From contig NMRA01000019.1 of NCBI GenBank assembly GCA_002633005.1, positions 1,379,372 through 1,443,371 of the forward strand: DNA of 64,000 nt, in the 5' to 3' direction. The notes below the pieces were generated by a model that saw only the letters and a program-made list of their open reading frames with translations, had not been told where the DNA came from and searched no databases. Shown one piece after another: positions 39,426-53,095 of this stretch (the stretch's first letter is position 1; every line of letters begins with the position of its first letter). The DNA is from Phoronis australis. Its lineage: Eukaryota > Animalia > Phoronida. A program made the position numbers and the translations under genes.

Positions 39426-40620
39426 ACAGTGAAACGCCTGCTGAAATCTGGAGTGTCATCCGGAAGGTAGTGCCATTTGGGCGAGATGTCTGCGTATTGA
39501 AACTGAACTGTAATTCAACATTCAGCGCTGCCAACTAATCACTTGAATGGCGTGATGGAATCAACGTTAAAGACTCCACTTCCGCTTCATTTTGCTTAAA
39601 ACTTATTTACAACAACTGTTCTTTCAACATGACATTTTTTTCAAATTAATCAGAGAATTTATAAGTAGTTTCTCAATTTTCTAGTCGTGCAACAACAAAA
39701 TAGTCGCTACGGTTGGATGCTTCTGAACTAGTGAAAATAAACGTCTCAGGTTAACTTGTGAAACACTCGTCTATCGCTGGTGTAATTTTGCACGTCCCAC
39801 TTGGTTTCACATTTTGCGCGTGAAACTTGCTGTACGAAACGCACCCTTGTTCATTGTCGCTTCTGCACCCACAATATACGGTACAAAGTAACTTCCGCAC
39901 TGAACAGAGAGGAATTCCGTGCGGATTAGTCTTTACATGAACCGAAAAAAATTGCCCCTTTTACATGTACCTTATCAGCACGCAGCTGACCCACGTAAAC
40001 TGATAAGGTACCAAGTGGGAGACCATCCTGGTAAGGAGCCTGAGTGCACGCGCAGTGAGAAATTATCCATTTGGTAAGTGTTGAAGTTAAAATAGTGTTG
40101 TGGTAGCTTGTATGTATAAGGCTAACAGTGAATTTTACGTGAAAATTACGTGTAATGAGAGTTGCTCCAACGTCGATTTCTTACAGTTTTTCAGGCAACA
40201 TAGCAATTCGAATGTCACATGGACGTGTCTGACGTCTTCAAGGGGAGGGGAAAAGCCGCCACCGGCATGTCGTTTTAGGGCCGTAGGTTGATACTTTCCT
40301 AAGAAAACTGTGATTGGGCCCCTCTCTCGTAGATTCGTGATCCGGTACTGTGCGAATGAGTTGGCCTATGTAGAGGGAAAGTGGCTTTAGTAAATACAGA
40401 TCAACAGTTTGAAACATGCATATATCGGAGAGCCAATGTAGCATTAAATGGCCCTATGAAAAAGTAACCCCACACTCATTTTTACTATTAAAATGATCTC
40501 GGGTAGTTTTAAGGGAATGTCAACAATTGCCAACCGTGATAGATGAACCTATTACCTTCCAAAACATATTACCTGTCATCAGTCCAGCGATTCCTTTAAC
40601 CAACTACTAAAGCAAGTATG

Positions 40621-40695
40621 GGCCCCCATGGAAAGCAGTGTAAACTGATGGGGCTACCCTCATTGTAAATATTACATTAATAAATAAATAAATAA
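40621..40695 (+). mobile_element. 3' end of a LINE/SINE with (TAAA)n tail, copy 2
   Basis: ggcccccatggaaagcagtgtaaactgatggggctaccctcattgtaaatatt followed by (taaa)n. Matches 2384-2448. Confidence 0.7.
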
Positions 40696-43633
40696 GTTGG
40701 ATTATTTGTCCTCCCTCGTTATTAGCAGCGATTGGGTAAAGATGCTCGAGAGAGAGGAATGGCGTGCTGGTGTTGGGGCAGAGCTAGTCTCTTAGCCAGC
40801 AAAGAAAGATGACCGTGAGACACGAAAAGTGGTGCTGAATTGGGGGGAATTGCGTGTGTAATAGAAAAATTTTGTACGTGGGCAGACACCAGCGGCACAC
40901 GGACGAGGACATTTGTGTCACTTGCTCTTAATCCTCAAAAACTTTACTGCGTATATTTGGCAATCGTACTTCGACTTAATAGATGAAAAGTCCTACATGC
41001 ATATACTTTTATTACTCAGATTTATAATCCATTCCCGAGGTATTTTGTTATCCATCTACAGTGCTAATTTATTCAGTTGAGCCAGAAGTCACATGAGGGC
41101 AGTGTTAATACTACGCATGCGCTTTTGTTAACGCACGGTTTAGCGCCAAAAACGCTGGTGCGCGCGTACTCAGTTTAAGGATCGCGTACTCGAAACCGCG
41201 GACCCGTGTATTCTACAACTGACCTATCACCAGCATTATGACTGACGGCTTAACTGTCCAATCAGAACGCAGCATTCTTGACACACCTTCCTCTGCGTTT
41301 CCAAGCCACCATTTTACTCGACAAACAACACGTTGTTGTGTAAAACCTATTTCAGTCCATACCTCAAGAAATTGTGCGATAAGGATGGGGAAACGGTGTT
41401 GACATGGTGTGTGTAATTCCGAAAGCCGTTATGCTGGACATTTAAACCGAAAAGTGATCTCGAAAGGTGTAAACGATCATGATCAAACTGTGTGAACGGC
41501 CACACGAGCAGCTGAACTTTGCAATATTGCTTGATTACTCGGTTACAATAAACACAAATGTACTTGTTCCAAGATGCGCACTTTTCATTTTTTTGGCTGT
41601 AATGTAGGACTATCTCAGATTTTGACTCCGGAGTTTCACTCGTCTGGCCGCCCTTGTCTCGGCACCGGCTGGATCTCAGCACTAGTAGGCTAGCGGTAGT
41701 CCCCGGAAATTGCTGTTTTAAGAACACCTGTATTATTTTTCATTTATTTAGACCTAATGGACATCGTTTTGTTTCGTAGCAGAGGCACATTTTTGTTATT
41801 CATATAATCGTAAGCTGACGTTCAACTGAACTTCTCTCCCAAATTGAGGGGCACCGGATTACTTAACTCAAAGCCTTGCTCGAGCTGTTGTCACGAAAAA
41901 ATAAACTGTTGAATTATTTTTGATGAGAACCTCTAGTACACAATTCGCCTTTAAAGTCAGATAGAGCTAATTTTGAAGTTGTTCAAACATGATGTTTAGA
42001 TTTATGAAGATTTAAAAAAGAATTTGAGGTATTTTTGTAAGTAGCCATTTTGCCACTGCACCAGACTTGTCATCTTTTGTAACCATACCACAGCTTAGTG
42101 GTCATGCTACATGTACGTTTAAAATTAACTGAAAGATACCTTTATGCAATGAATCTACAAAAAAATGTAAAGTTCACCGGAAAGTAGGTCTAACTTAAAT
42201 GTCTTAATGGTGCAATTACGGCCAATTCCATGCATTAATTGGACTTGGACATTGCCCTAGACCTACCGGAGCTAACTGTTTGCCCATGACGAGATGAGTG
42301 TGTACCTCAGTTATAAATCTGAGTTTTTTATCAAAATGTTTCGTTATAAGTTTAGAAAAGCGTAAACAGGGCTATCGACTGACACTCAACGTACTTTACT
42401 CCGGGAGTCCCACCAGTTGTGACCAATTTTTCACTGGTGAAATTTAGCAGACGACAGAATGAAAAATATCGGTGAATCTTCACTGATTTTATTCGAAAGA
42501 TCCTGAAATCTATGGCGTCATACAGATAATACGACTTTAAAGTCACTACATACTCTGCTTTACATGAACATATTGCATCAGTGGCCTTGTCATTTGTCGG
42601 GTGAAGGTGAACCCCGTGGGGTTCTTCTGATTTTCGCTGGCTCCGAAATACTTGTCCTCGAACAATTATTTTTTATTGTCACCTTTACAAATTCCCTTAT
42701 TGTGAACGTACTGTACGATTCTCTGCTGAAAAGTATCGCTTGTTGTCTTTGTCGAAGCGTTTTCGGATAGTGTAAAAACACTCATCGATTCCACCATGAA
42801 CGTCGTTTAACGGCAGTGCATTTGCATCTGACATCTTGTTTGTCGGGTGTCACGTGAATTTTAGCATAAGGGCGGAGCTTGCGATAGGTCATATCCTGAC
42901 CACCAAAGTGTGCTGAGTTTCATCAGAGGTTGTAGAAACAAGGGAAGCCGTTTCTATTAGATTCACATGAAGTAGCAATGATTTCTCGTTGAAGCAAAGT
43001 TGTGCTCTATCATGTATGACAAAATGATAATAACCGTTTCTAGAGTCGAGCATTTTTTAAGATGGACGAAATTCAGATTTTCACAATCTCGAATATTTTG
43101 GCATACTAAACATAGAAAACATAAAAGCATGTCAGCAAAATACTCAACCTTTCTACTTTCTCCAGTTATCCTTTACAAGAACTTTGGACGTTAAGGGATA
43201 TTTTTTAAAATCAAAATAATGCGAGCACTTGACATATTTTACTTACCGCTAAGTTTTTGTCTTGTGAATTATAGTGGGTGTCAGTCTTCTTGCTCTTGAA
43301 TGACATTTTGCGGTTCGATTGTCACAACATTTGTATTAAATGACTTATGAAAAAACTCTGAATTCTCTGCATTTTCATTTTTTTTATATTTTCGGTGAAA
43401 ATTATGAAAGTCATCATTTACACTTCAACAGTTCCGAGCTTTTCGTCCAGAAACTATATTAAAAATAAACACCCAATGTCATCATCACCAGTGTTATCCC
43501 AAACTATTCCACACAGAATTTTATCAGTCAAACAGCATATATTAAAAAAATAACCAAAACCACTTTCAAGAACCTAATTGCTGGCCATTTTGACCTCTGA
43601 ACAGTTGTCAAGTATATTTGGAACGTGATTGCT

Positions 43634-45140
43634 CAATAGCGGATTTGCAGCGCAAACGAACTACGCATTGCGCATGTGCGAGTTACTTCATGCGCGAAGG
43701 CTCATGGGATAGCTTGTGGTCAGGCATGTCTTGAGCAGGCTGGATAGTGTGCATTTGGAGTGATTTGCAAACTAAAAACCATGTTTCATTTTTTTTGCTT
43801 TATAATACCAAGCAAGTCCTCTCTCTCGTTTGTAAACACAGCGTAGCTATGATCAGTGACCGAGTGACCGAGGGCACAACTGTCGTCATGTTCAGTATTG
43901 GGGCTATCGGCGTTGATTTCGAAATCTCCTCCGGTTTCAGACAAGTTGAGAGTTCTTGGGTTGCTTAACTTTTGTAGCTTTCGCCGTGTATATGCTAGAG
44001 ACGTTAATTTTAAGAGGAAACTCCGTCGGAATGTTGTTCTCATACGTCTTTTTTCCACCAGGAAAATGTTCGCTGCACACACGATGGTCCCTAGGCAATT
44101 ACATCGCACTGGATGCCGCAGGCATTCAGGGGCGATAGTACATCCTCACAAAAAGTTACTCATTTCATAATACAGCAAATAAAATTAAATGAACCATACA
44201 TGTAGGAACACAGAGTTATAATTAACACATACCACGACTGTGGATACAATTTAGTCAGCAAAACTTGAACAAATCGATGGAAATCTGATGCGGTTTGCTC
44301 GAGTTTCTCTCAGTTACCGGGTGCCATTTTGAGGAAGTTAGTGAAATTACGCATGTTGAATAAAAAGTCCAAGGGACACACATCTTACAAGTTAGTTCCA
44401 CCCGATACCTTCTCATGCTATTTTACAAGTGTCGCGTGCTAGCGTCACGCGCTTCGCTCAGTCTCGTGCTAACCTTTGCTTAACTCATGTGATTCAGTTG
44501 ACATGCTTTGTGGTTATCGCGGCTCACGCGGTGATAAAATTAACGGCAACCAAAAAAGTGGAGTTGTAATTCTTCGCCAAAGTCAACTTAATTCTCACAA
44601 CTAAGCTTCATCAAAGATATGTATAGAAGTAGAAAAGACCAATGATGAAAGTAAGCGTTTTTCTAAATGATAGTTTTAAGTGTAGAATGTATTTTTGACG
44701 AGGTGAAAACTCGAAATCGGTAACCCAAATCCGGTCACGGCCCATTTAAAATACACTGAAGTAACGAAATGAATACAGAAAGCGAATGGGAGTATTGTAG
44801 CCCCTATATGGCCAACCGAGGGGCTACGTGTTGTCTACTAGATAGCCCTGCGTTGGTTTGAATGCGCTAAATCTCCCCTTACTCCCAGCTCTCCTAATGT
44901 TGTTTATCCATTTTTCACGAAGTTCTTGGTTTGCAGGGAACACATAAAAACTCAGATTTTTATCTGTCTTGCTGTTTTTGAAGCAGCCAGGAACACAAGT
45001 GTATCCGCCGTAAGTTTTCTTCGCGCTCATACCGCGTATTATGCTTGTTACTATGGCCGCTTTCGGAATCCTGACCACAGCACCCACAATGCACCATTTT
45101 AACCTAATTTCAATATGGCGTCGCTGCAAATCCGCTATTG
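43634..45140 (-). mobile_element. THAP-encoding DNA transposon derivative (ISL2EU/Harbinger-like), internally deleted and interrupted
   Basis: Perfect 19-bp inverted repeat caatagcggatttgcagcg and cgctgcaaatccgctattg. THAP N-half from ATG 45030 (CVPGC...SFYVFP...REKWINNIRR...FKPTQG). THAP C-half near 44010-44092 (HRVCSEHFPGGKKTYENNIPTEFP). DHSY motif at about 43843-43854 after a frameshift. Confidence 0.85.
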
Positions 45141-45552
45141 CTGCTTCAGACACCTGTCAATAATTTCCATCGTTACGCACCCGAGTTGTTGGATGAGTAT
45201 CTCCTTATCAATGGGCGGGATACAGCCCTGTCGTTCTTAAAGTCAAGTTTCCCACATACCCAGGTCCGTGAAAGCTGCTTGTCTGAACAAGATTATTTTA
45301 AAAGTCATGCCCAAATTTTAGAGACCACATAAAAATACCTTCACCGCTCATAAGCAACATGCACTAACGTGACAACCAAAATTCAACTCTTACGTGTTAT
45401 CTATGTAGAATATCTGTTGCAAGAAATATTTTTAAGAATTTTCCTTATCTGTACTGGCCATTGTTTTAGTACCAAAGAGAATACATGTACATTTGATCTT
45501 TCTGGTATAACTAGACGGCTGTTATCAGCAAGCCACTTACAGTTCTTTTTAA

Positions 45553-46110
45553 TGATGCCTTACCTAAAGCGGTGGCGTAAAGTGCGAGCTGAAGCAATGT
45601 CTGCTAATAATAGTTCAGACTCAGATAGTGAAGGGACGGCAGGTGTTACAAACCATCAGTCTGAGTCTGATCCTGATGAAGAAAAGTCAATGCAAGCAAA
45701 TCAAGAGTTGTTTGATGAGTAAAACTATGGATTTCCGGAAAAAGTAGCATAACCTTCGTCAGAACGAGATGTCTCTTGTTGTCATTCATCAGATAATGAA
45801 GAGCCTGAAACAATACTGAAAGACAAAATAAATTTACTTGTAACGTCTTGGTCAATTAAGCACAATTTGACAAGGGCAGGTTGGTGGGCACAATAAACAC
45901 TGAAGGACACGAAGTTCGAGCATTTTACTGAAAATACCGACAAGGGTAGTACCATTTCAAGAAAAGTGTGGAGGGATAAAAATATGGTTAGTGAGAAGTC
46001 TTCCAATTGTGGTCGTACATGTGTATTAGTCGTGTTTGTATTGTTTGGACATTGAAAGGTGGTCGGACGAGATGTTGAACACACGTCAATTTGTATAAAG
46101 TTGAACATAT
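45553..46110 (+). pseudogene. Degenerate fragment resembling an EnSpm/CMC-type transposase N-terminal region
   Basis: Basic start MPYLKRWRKVR, an acidic SSDSDSE tract, then SWSIKHNLTRA and ICIKLNI pieces with stops and frameshifts. Family assignment rests on motif resemblance only. Confidence 0.4.
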
Positions 46111-46499
46111 GTCTTTACACACAACCTTGGTTGAGTAGTAGTTGCTTTCAAGGTCTATAAGTCTATAATGCGTTTTGTAAAATGTACTCTACATACTATT
46201 ATTTTTAATTTTTGCATTAAAGTTTCACTTGGCTGGGCCGTTTAAAACCGGCGTTCTGAACTCGGTTATTTGGAGCAACAATTTACCGCACTATGAACGA
46301 TATCTCCCCTGTTTAACGAAAAAAGGTTGGCATTGCAAAATAATAGCGCTGCGTGAGATTACTTGACATCATATGTGGCACAGGTCAGATTACTGCGGTC
46401 AACAGTACTCACCAGTAAGCCACTTCTTTTTGAATTATGTAGGCTGAAGAAGCTTCACATCTCATCGAACGTAAACAGGCTGACCGAAAAGTTACAACT

Positions 46500-46551
46500 A
46501 TGCAAGCTTGGACAGTTTTTGCTCTTTCCTTATTATCAATTTTCTTGAAAG
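46500..46551 (+). CDS. Ig-superfamily gene, exon 1 (signal peptide)
   Basis: ATG encodes MQAWTVFALSLLSIFLK, donor G|gtgagt, phase 1. Joins in frame to (D)FGVTSLKVTVP. Confidence 0.8.
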
Positions 46552-49382
46552 GTGAGTACACGAGTTGTCTGCAGCGACTAAGTAAGCGTGCAAAGTTCTT
46601 AGTTGTTAATGTCAGTCACCCACGTACATGTACACATGCAGTGACCAGCGTCTCTAGCTGGCCCTAAGAGACGCAGAAGCTCCTATAGAACCTTTACACG
46701 TCGGAAGCTTTTTGGCGAATTATGCCTCACACTGATTAAAACTTCAAAGTCATCGTTGTTATAAGTACCTACAGGATGTATTGCGCATAGAGGGACATGT
46801 CTGGAGGCGGTCGACGACTTTAATTCCTTCCAACTCGAACAAATACTCCCGTAACTAAACTTGTTTCGAGCAGTTCTTCCTTGAGTTCCCGAATTAGGCA
46901 TCTGGCCATTTTTACACTGCCCCCACTCCTATTTTACCGCCGACGATAGGAGCACGCGCAGTGTTGTCTGACTTCATTCATTCTGCACAGACTTCAGATG
47001 CTGCTTTTCGCGACCTGTTCAATCAGACTATGGGTGGATTGTAAGCCTTGACCACGAAGAGAGCAGGCGATTCCAGTGTAACAGAGAAGGAATAAATAAT
47101 CTAATGAGTGGCGAAAACACTCAATGCAAAGAATTTTCTGTGGTGGTGTAATAGCACCAATATAGATGGATTTTCGACACAATATTTCATGGCGCCGAAA
47201 GCCGACGCAAAAAAGCGCTTCACATCAAGATGCCTGGAACGCGATGAACAGACTACATGTAAATTGCATCATGGTTCTCTGCCACTGAAACCTGCTCATC
47301 AGGTATTTTTAGGGTTTGTTTGATAAAGATTTAATTTCTGTTCATATGAAGGCATTTTCTTGTAGTTTTAAATTTAGAAAAAGATATGTAAACTCTTTCT
47401 CACTTTGTCTATTTTTCTCCCACAAGGCAAAGCGCGTTCCCGTATTTAGTATCGAAAACCTACACGTAGCACATTTCCCTCAAGCATTTGAATGTGAGCG
47501 CAAGCGCGCAATAACAGGTATCACAAGTGGGAGGGAGAACATAAACCCTGTGCTAACCACAGAGTTTTTCCTTGGCGCGTATTTCAAAATTCATGAATTT
47601 TGTAATTTTTTTCTGGAAATTTCCTCACAGTGGAAAGTGGATTACTGTACACTAGGGAATTGTTTAAAAGGTATTTTAACGAGCTTTCGCGATCCATGCG
47701 TCACAGCAGTGTTAAAGCTGCGTATTTAGTATACAGCTTTGCACCAAGACTATTTACTAGAAAACTAGTTCTTGGTGATGTAAGATTATACCAGAAGCAA
47801 AATATACACATTTTATTTCGTACAGTAAGTAATTATTATTTGCTTACCTGGCAGCTTATTGTTTTTAATTATAAACACCAAAGATATTATCAAAATGTAG
47901 AAAGCAACAGGGTGTAATAGTAATATAAAATGGAAATGAACTGGAGAGGTTACATGAATGAATACTTAAGCCTACTGGAAAATAATTTTCACGAATGATT
48001 CAATAGATTTCCTCACTATAAAGACGAAGATGTCAGAAAAATGGATCCCTAAGAGTTGCTGTGAAGAATTTAGTCAGCATTTACTCAAAGTTATACAGCT
48101 GTATTATTAATAGGACCTTCGGTGCCGTTTCGTACAAGTACATTCTTCAATAAAAATCAGGATGCAGTGACATTTACAAAAAATATACTATCTATCCGAA
48201 TTTTGTAGACAACGATTTCCGATAGATAAAAATGACCAAATGTAGCTTTGAAATGTACTGTGGATACCTCATTACATTGGATGCAGTGTGTAGGACTATC
48301 CAAAGTTTAGAAATAAAACAAACTTATTTAGAAAGGAAACGTTAGTGATCCTAAAACAAGTAGGGTGGCTTATCGTAAACAAGAGATACTAGAACACATT
48401 TCTACGATTACTTTGTTACTAAAGAACATGCACTCTTTGAAAATAACAGTATTCATAACAATAAGACAATGCTATTTTGAACGCCCATTGCAAACAAAAA
48501 ATTGTCATGGTCAATAGTCGAGAATGAAAAGCGGGACAACTGGGTCTAAGGCAAAACGCATCGGTGAGATGTACTCGCAACACAAAAACCCTCCTGACGG
48601 TATTCTTTGTCGAACGGAGACTTAACACCAAAAAGTTTGCGTTTTTTTGTTTTTTTTTTCAGTCGAATGGAAAATTTATGGTGACGCAAAAGCTCATGAA
48701 ACGTCCAGAATTTTCTTCTTAGTTGAACGAAAAACATGTATCTTTTACAACGTAAATTTTAATTTGTTTCGACTATATTTCACGGGTTGAGGTAAATATC
48801 ACAGTTAATGTTAACGTTCAGAAATGGCATTAACAAGTAAACATTGGACAAATAAATTATTTTAGAAACAATTGAAAGTGTTATTAATAAATACATGATT
48901 ACACGCTCACACGCTTGGTTACGCAACTACGATTGACTTTTTTGAAAGTTACTTAAACCAACATGTTAGTGGGGTATAATCTCGGCATTTATAATTGCTG
49001 AACAAAAAACACTCAGAAACATGGATATGAAGCTTGAAGGGCTGTAGAGTAGTATTTGCCAAAATAATAGGATTTCTGTAAGAATGCCATGAATCTCATT
49101 AACGCGTGTTATTTGACTCAGCTGAGAGTGTTCAACTTTATTGCATAAGTAAATGTTTCGAATCTGCTTTGATTCTAATTAAAGTGAACTTAATTTACTC
49201 GACGAGAATGCATGTTTTATACTCGTCATTGTCAAGCAAGGAAGTTTTCTGATACATTTGTGACACATACAGTAGTACGACCTCAAAGGGCACCTAACAG
49301 TTATGAACATGGTGGTTTAAAAGGTAGACCCATATCTTCAAGTGCAGCGGAACGTAACGTTAACGAACGTTTATATTTCCAG

Positions 49383-49748
49383 ACTTTGGCGTGACATCCC
49401 TCAAGGTGACAGTGCCTGATGAAATCTTTGCTATCAATGGGGGCGCAGCCGTATTCGAAATCAGTTACAGTTTAAGCTCGCGAGAAAGTTTCCACAGTGT
49501 CACGTTATTGAATGACATCAATATCGTGTTTAGTGCACCCGCCATAGCGTATGGCCAATACTTTCCTAATGGAAGATTTTCTGGGCTCTACGAGTCTCGC
49601 TGTTCTACAGATTACTCCGCTGGCAAAACTCGGTTCAGTATCACCATATCACATGTTGCACCTGGTGATGAGGGCAGCTATGTAGTGGAGATGACCAGAG
49701 ACCAGAACATTCATGGTGATCGGGTTGATACACAACTAGTTATAGACT
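49383..49748 (+). CDS. Ig-superfamily gene, exon 2 (V-like domain)
   Basis: ttccag|AC...GAC T|gtaagt, 366 nt, phase 1-1. Contains GRF...FSITISHVAPGDEGSYVV...TQLVID (V-set DxGxY motif). Confidence 0.88.
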
Positions 49749-50758
49749 GTAAGTGCTTGCCTGTACTACCACAGTGTTAAACTAACTGCCGGGATCCAGG
49801 GTATTATTTTACAACACAACTTGTTCAAAAAACACTGAGTGGTGGACAGCAAATCGCTTGTTAAACCAAGAAAACATTGCTGGTTATTGGCTGTTTCGAA
49901 AAATGATGGTAGGGTATTTGCTGTTTAAAGATTAGTATTTTCAAAATAAATGGACCTCATATCAGATAAAGTGATACGTCTTATCCTTATCCCTAACCAT
50001 TATTATTTATGCTGTGACGCGCTAGAGTGTATTGGTATCGAACGAGTGCGGAAGGTTCATTCGAGCCAATGTTAACAACTTAACTCCATTAAGGTCATTG
50101 AGGAGCTAACTCTGCCAGAGTTGACTAGCTATTCCATTTAAAAACTTAAGATTGAATGCGTTTGTGTAACGTTTTGAAAAAATAAGATCGAAAACTTAGT
50201 GCACGCTTTTTTCTGTTTTAACGTGAAGTGCAGATTTCAAGAGGAATCAAAACGCAGACAAGGAGAAAAACATTTTTTTGGCTTCACACAAAATCTTTGC
50301 AAAGAATCGAACGATACTAAAATAATATGTGTAAGTCAATGTCATAACGTAAAAAAATTACCAAGATTATAATTCATCCCAGAATATTCATCTCCAAGTC
50401 AGTTGAAATTTCAATAATTTTTGTTTTACATTTCATACATTGGTTCTTTTAAAGGTCGAAAATGTTAATCCATTATAAGGAATCACCACTAGTACACGCG
50501 CGCCCCCTAGTTATTGTAGATTTTCCGAATAGTCCCATTGTACATCTAAAACAACCAGGTATGGTGTGGTCTTCACAAGCAGTATGTCGTCTGATCTGTC
50601 CTTCTTCTTGCCATGGGATGCGCTTAAGTATCGTCCACACACAGACTTACGAATCCTAAACAAGTTACTCCTGGGAAGAGTTGTCGCTAGGTTTGGAGGC
50701 TTCGTGGATGCTAGCACAACTCATCTCACTTGTGACAAATAACTCAACGTTATGAATG

Positions 50759-51062
50759 TAGAATAACTTGTTCTAGGGTAACTTGCGTCACTTGTGTTCA
50801 ATAACGCTAGGTCCTGACTAAAAATCAAGACATCGCGAGATTACATGGGATGTCGCCGTGGAGTTTAAATGAGAACACGTGTTGGTGGCTCATTTTTTCT
50901 AGACACGAGACAGCTACTGAACTCTATCCTCGTCTGAGTCTTCTTTTGTGTACCGTATTCGCATCAGCTGCCCATGCACAGAGCGACAACCCAAGTTATT
51001 GGAGGGTTTTGCGAACGCTCTACTTAAAATTGGTGTAAGTTGCACAAGTACGAGTTGTTCTA
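50759..51062. mobile_element. MITE with TAG...CTA termini, followed by a 40-bp tandem duplication (51054-51126)
   Basis: Inverted ends tagaataacttgt and acgagttgttcta. gttgttcta(t/g)ggtaggctgt(a/g)tgtggacgggac occurs twice. Confidence 0.55.
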
Positions 51063-51220
51063 TGGTAGGCTGTATGTGGACGGGACAGTGCACGTTGTTC
51101 TAGGGTAGGCTGTGTGTGGACGGGACCTATGTCATTCACAAAATTGGCAACTGTTTGATCTATACGAATTTTGAATTGTTAAAGCGAGACGACTAAATGT
51201 CTGTATTGCACCATCTGCAG

Positions 51221-51544
51221 TTCTCCCACGCTTACCATATATATCTGGAGATCCCACATCACCCGTCCTTGGTGGAGCAGGACCAACTGTCCTCACGTGC
51301 ACTGCCAACTTGGGCAAACCACAGGCATCTATGGTGTGGTCACGTCGGATTGGTAGCGGTGCATACACAAATATAACGAAGAATGTTAACATTACTACCA
51401 CCAACAACAATGATGGAACCACTAACGGCAACAGCATACTCACGGTCAACTTGGATACAGCTGATGATGGTGTACAGTTCAGATGTCAAGTGTCCAACAG
51501 ACAGGCTACTTTGTCAGCTGAAACTGGGGCCATTAAGGTGACTG
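51221..51544 (+). CDS. Ig-superfamily gene, exon 3 (CD80-like C2 domain)
   Basis: ctgcag|TT...ACT G|gtaagt, 324 nt, phase 1-1. Contains LTCTANLGKPQASMVW...SILTV...DDGVQFRCQVSN. Confidence 0.92.
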
Positions 51545-52358
51545 GTAAGTTCCTATCTAAATTGTGTTGGGCTACTTTTGCTGTTATCCGAAACTGGGAC
51601 CATTAAATGAACTGGTACGTCTTTTGAATTGGGGCCAGGTACTTGTCTCAACAAATTTGGATATATCATTCATTCGGGTTAGGAATGTTTCCTTGAGACC
51701 ACATTCCTCTCGTACAGTAGCTGTACAAGGTGTCGTGATCACATCTTGCCAAGTACTAGGTCTTTTGGGGCCTATAAGCAATAGAAGTGTAGCTTGTTTT
51801 CCATGTAGATTTCGAGTTGACATTTACTTTTCAAGAGCGACTGCATGGCTATTTTTAAACAGTGAAAACTACATGTTGGCATCAGAAAAACTTCATATGG
51901 AAAACGTGTTTGTTAATCAGGAAACCGTTGTGACCAGCACTCATGGCTCGTGAACTGCAGATAGTAAATTAAAGGTTGACTTCATTCTGGGACAGCTGTC
52001 AAAACAGTGCTCATGTTGGTAGAATTTACTAGTAAGACCGGTATAGAAAGAAAAAAATATCAAGTTAAGTGAGATCTTGTTTTGCACTAGTTCGATTTTG
52101 CATAATCTCATAGTCGTTGAACATGAAGACATGAGCAATTACATTCCAATTTTTATGGGTGGCGCACCATAGCTGGCTGGGGGCTATAGCCTCACATATT
52201 TCTGTGATGCACCGCCCACAATTATGTACGAGTCAGTCTTGTGCTAGCCTTCTCCCGTGCCTACTTCAACATCAGTAAGGAAACAGAGTGTTTACTTACA
52301 TGTATAATGATGGACCGAAATGTATTGTTCACTCATTTGTATAAACACAACATTTTAG

Positions 52359-52664
52359 CCCCTGTGCCTGTTACCGATGACAACATTCAAGTATGTCAGA
52401 CGTTTATCACTCAGTGTACTTCACTATTTGACTACTACATCAATGATCAAGTCAGTTTGACGTGTGGTGTCACGTCATCTCCACCCATTCCCACACCTCA
52501 CGAGTACACGTGGTACCAGCAAGACATTGGAGGGAGAGTTATCAGTGGGCCCGACCTCTCTTTCAAAATCACTGAATCTGAAACTGTCTACGTGTGTAGT
52601 GCGTCCAACACTGTGCGTGGTGTGACGAACACGGTGTCCAAACAAGTCACAATCAGGGGTGCAG
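52359..52664 (+). CDS. Ig-superfamily gene, exon 4 (C2/I-type domain)
   Basis: ttttag|CC...GCA G|gtaggt, 306 nt, phase 1-1. Contains VSLTCGVTSSPP...YTWY...YVCSASN. Confidence 0.92.
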
Positions 52665-53031
52665 GTAGGTGTGAACACGCAGTTGGTTGATTGTTATTTC
52701 GATGACGAATGGCTGCTAGAGGTTCCGACATATTAGTAACCCATCGGTCGACCAATAATTACGTTACATTCTTCACCTTATATTATGTGGATGTCGCAGA
52801 TTTTGGAAAGAAATAATAGACTTATTAGAAGAACTTGTTGCGAATTGGTAGAGCAATAATCAGACCTAAAATTGTTTGCGATAATGACATAACTCTTAAT
52901 TAATTTCAGAAATAATTATTTCCATAACAATAATAAGTTTGACAGAACTGGTTTGAGACTACTTAGTGCCGGTGCTATTGTCGTTTTGTTTCATGGATCA
53001 GTTTCATGTATTTGTCCTGTACTACTTTTAG

Positions 53032-53079
53032 CAAAACCTACGAGATCACTGCCAGAGGACACAATGCCTTCTAAAGACA
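53032..53079 (+). CDS. Ig-superfamily gene, probable stalk mini-exon
   Basis: ttttag|CA...GAC A|gtaagc, 48 nt, phase 1-1. Encodes (A)KPTRSLPEDTMPSKD. Confidence 0.7.
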
Positions 53080-53095
53080 GTAAGCTAAGCGTTAA

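Noticed and set aside
41347-41727. 126-aa minus-strand ORF with splice-like ends
   Set aside because: No recognisable domain and no phase-compatible link to the other candidate exons. It sits among TE-like CpG-rich fragments.
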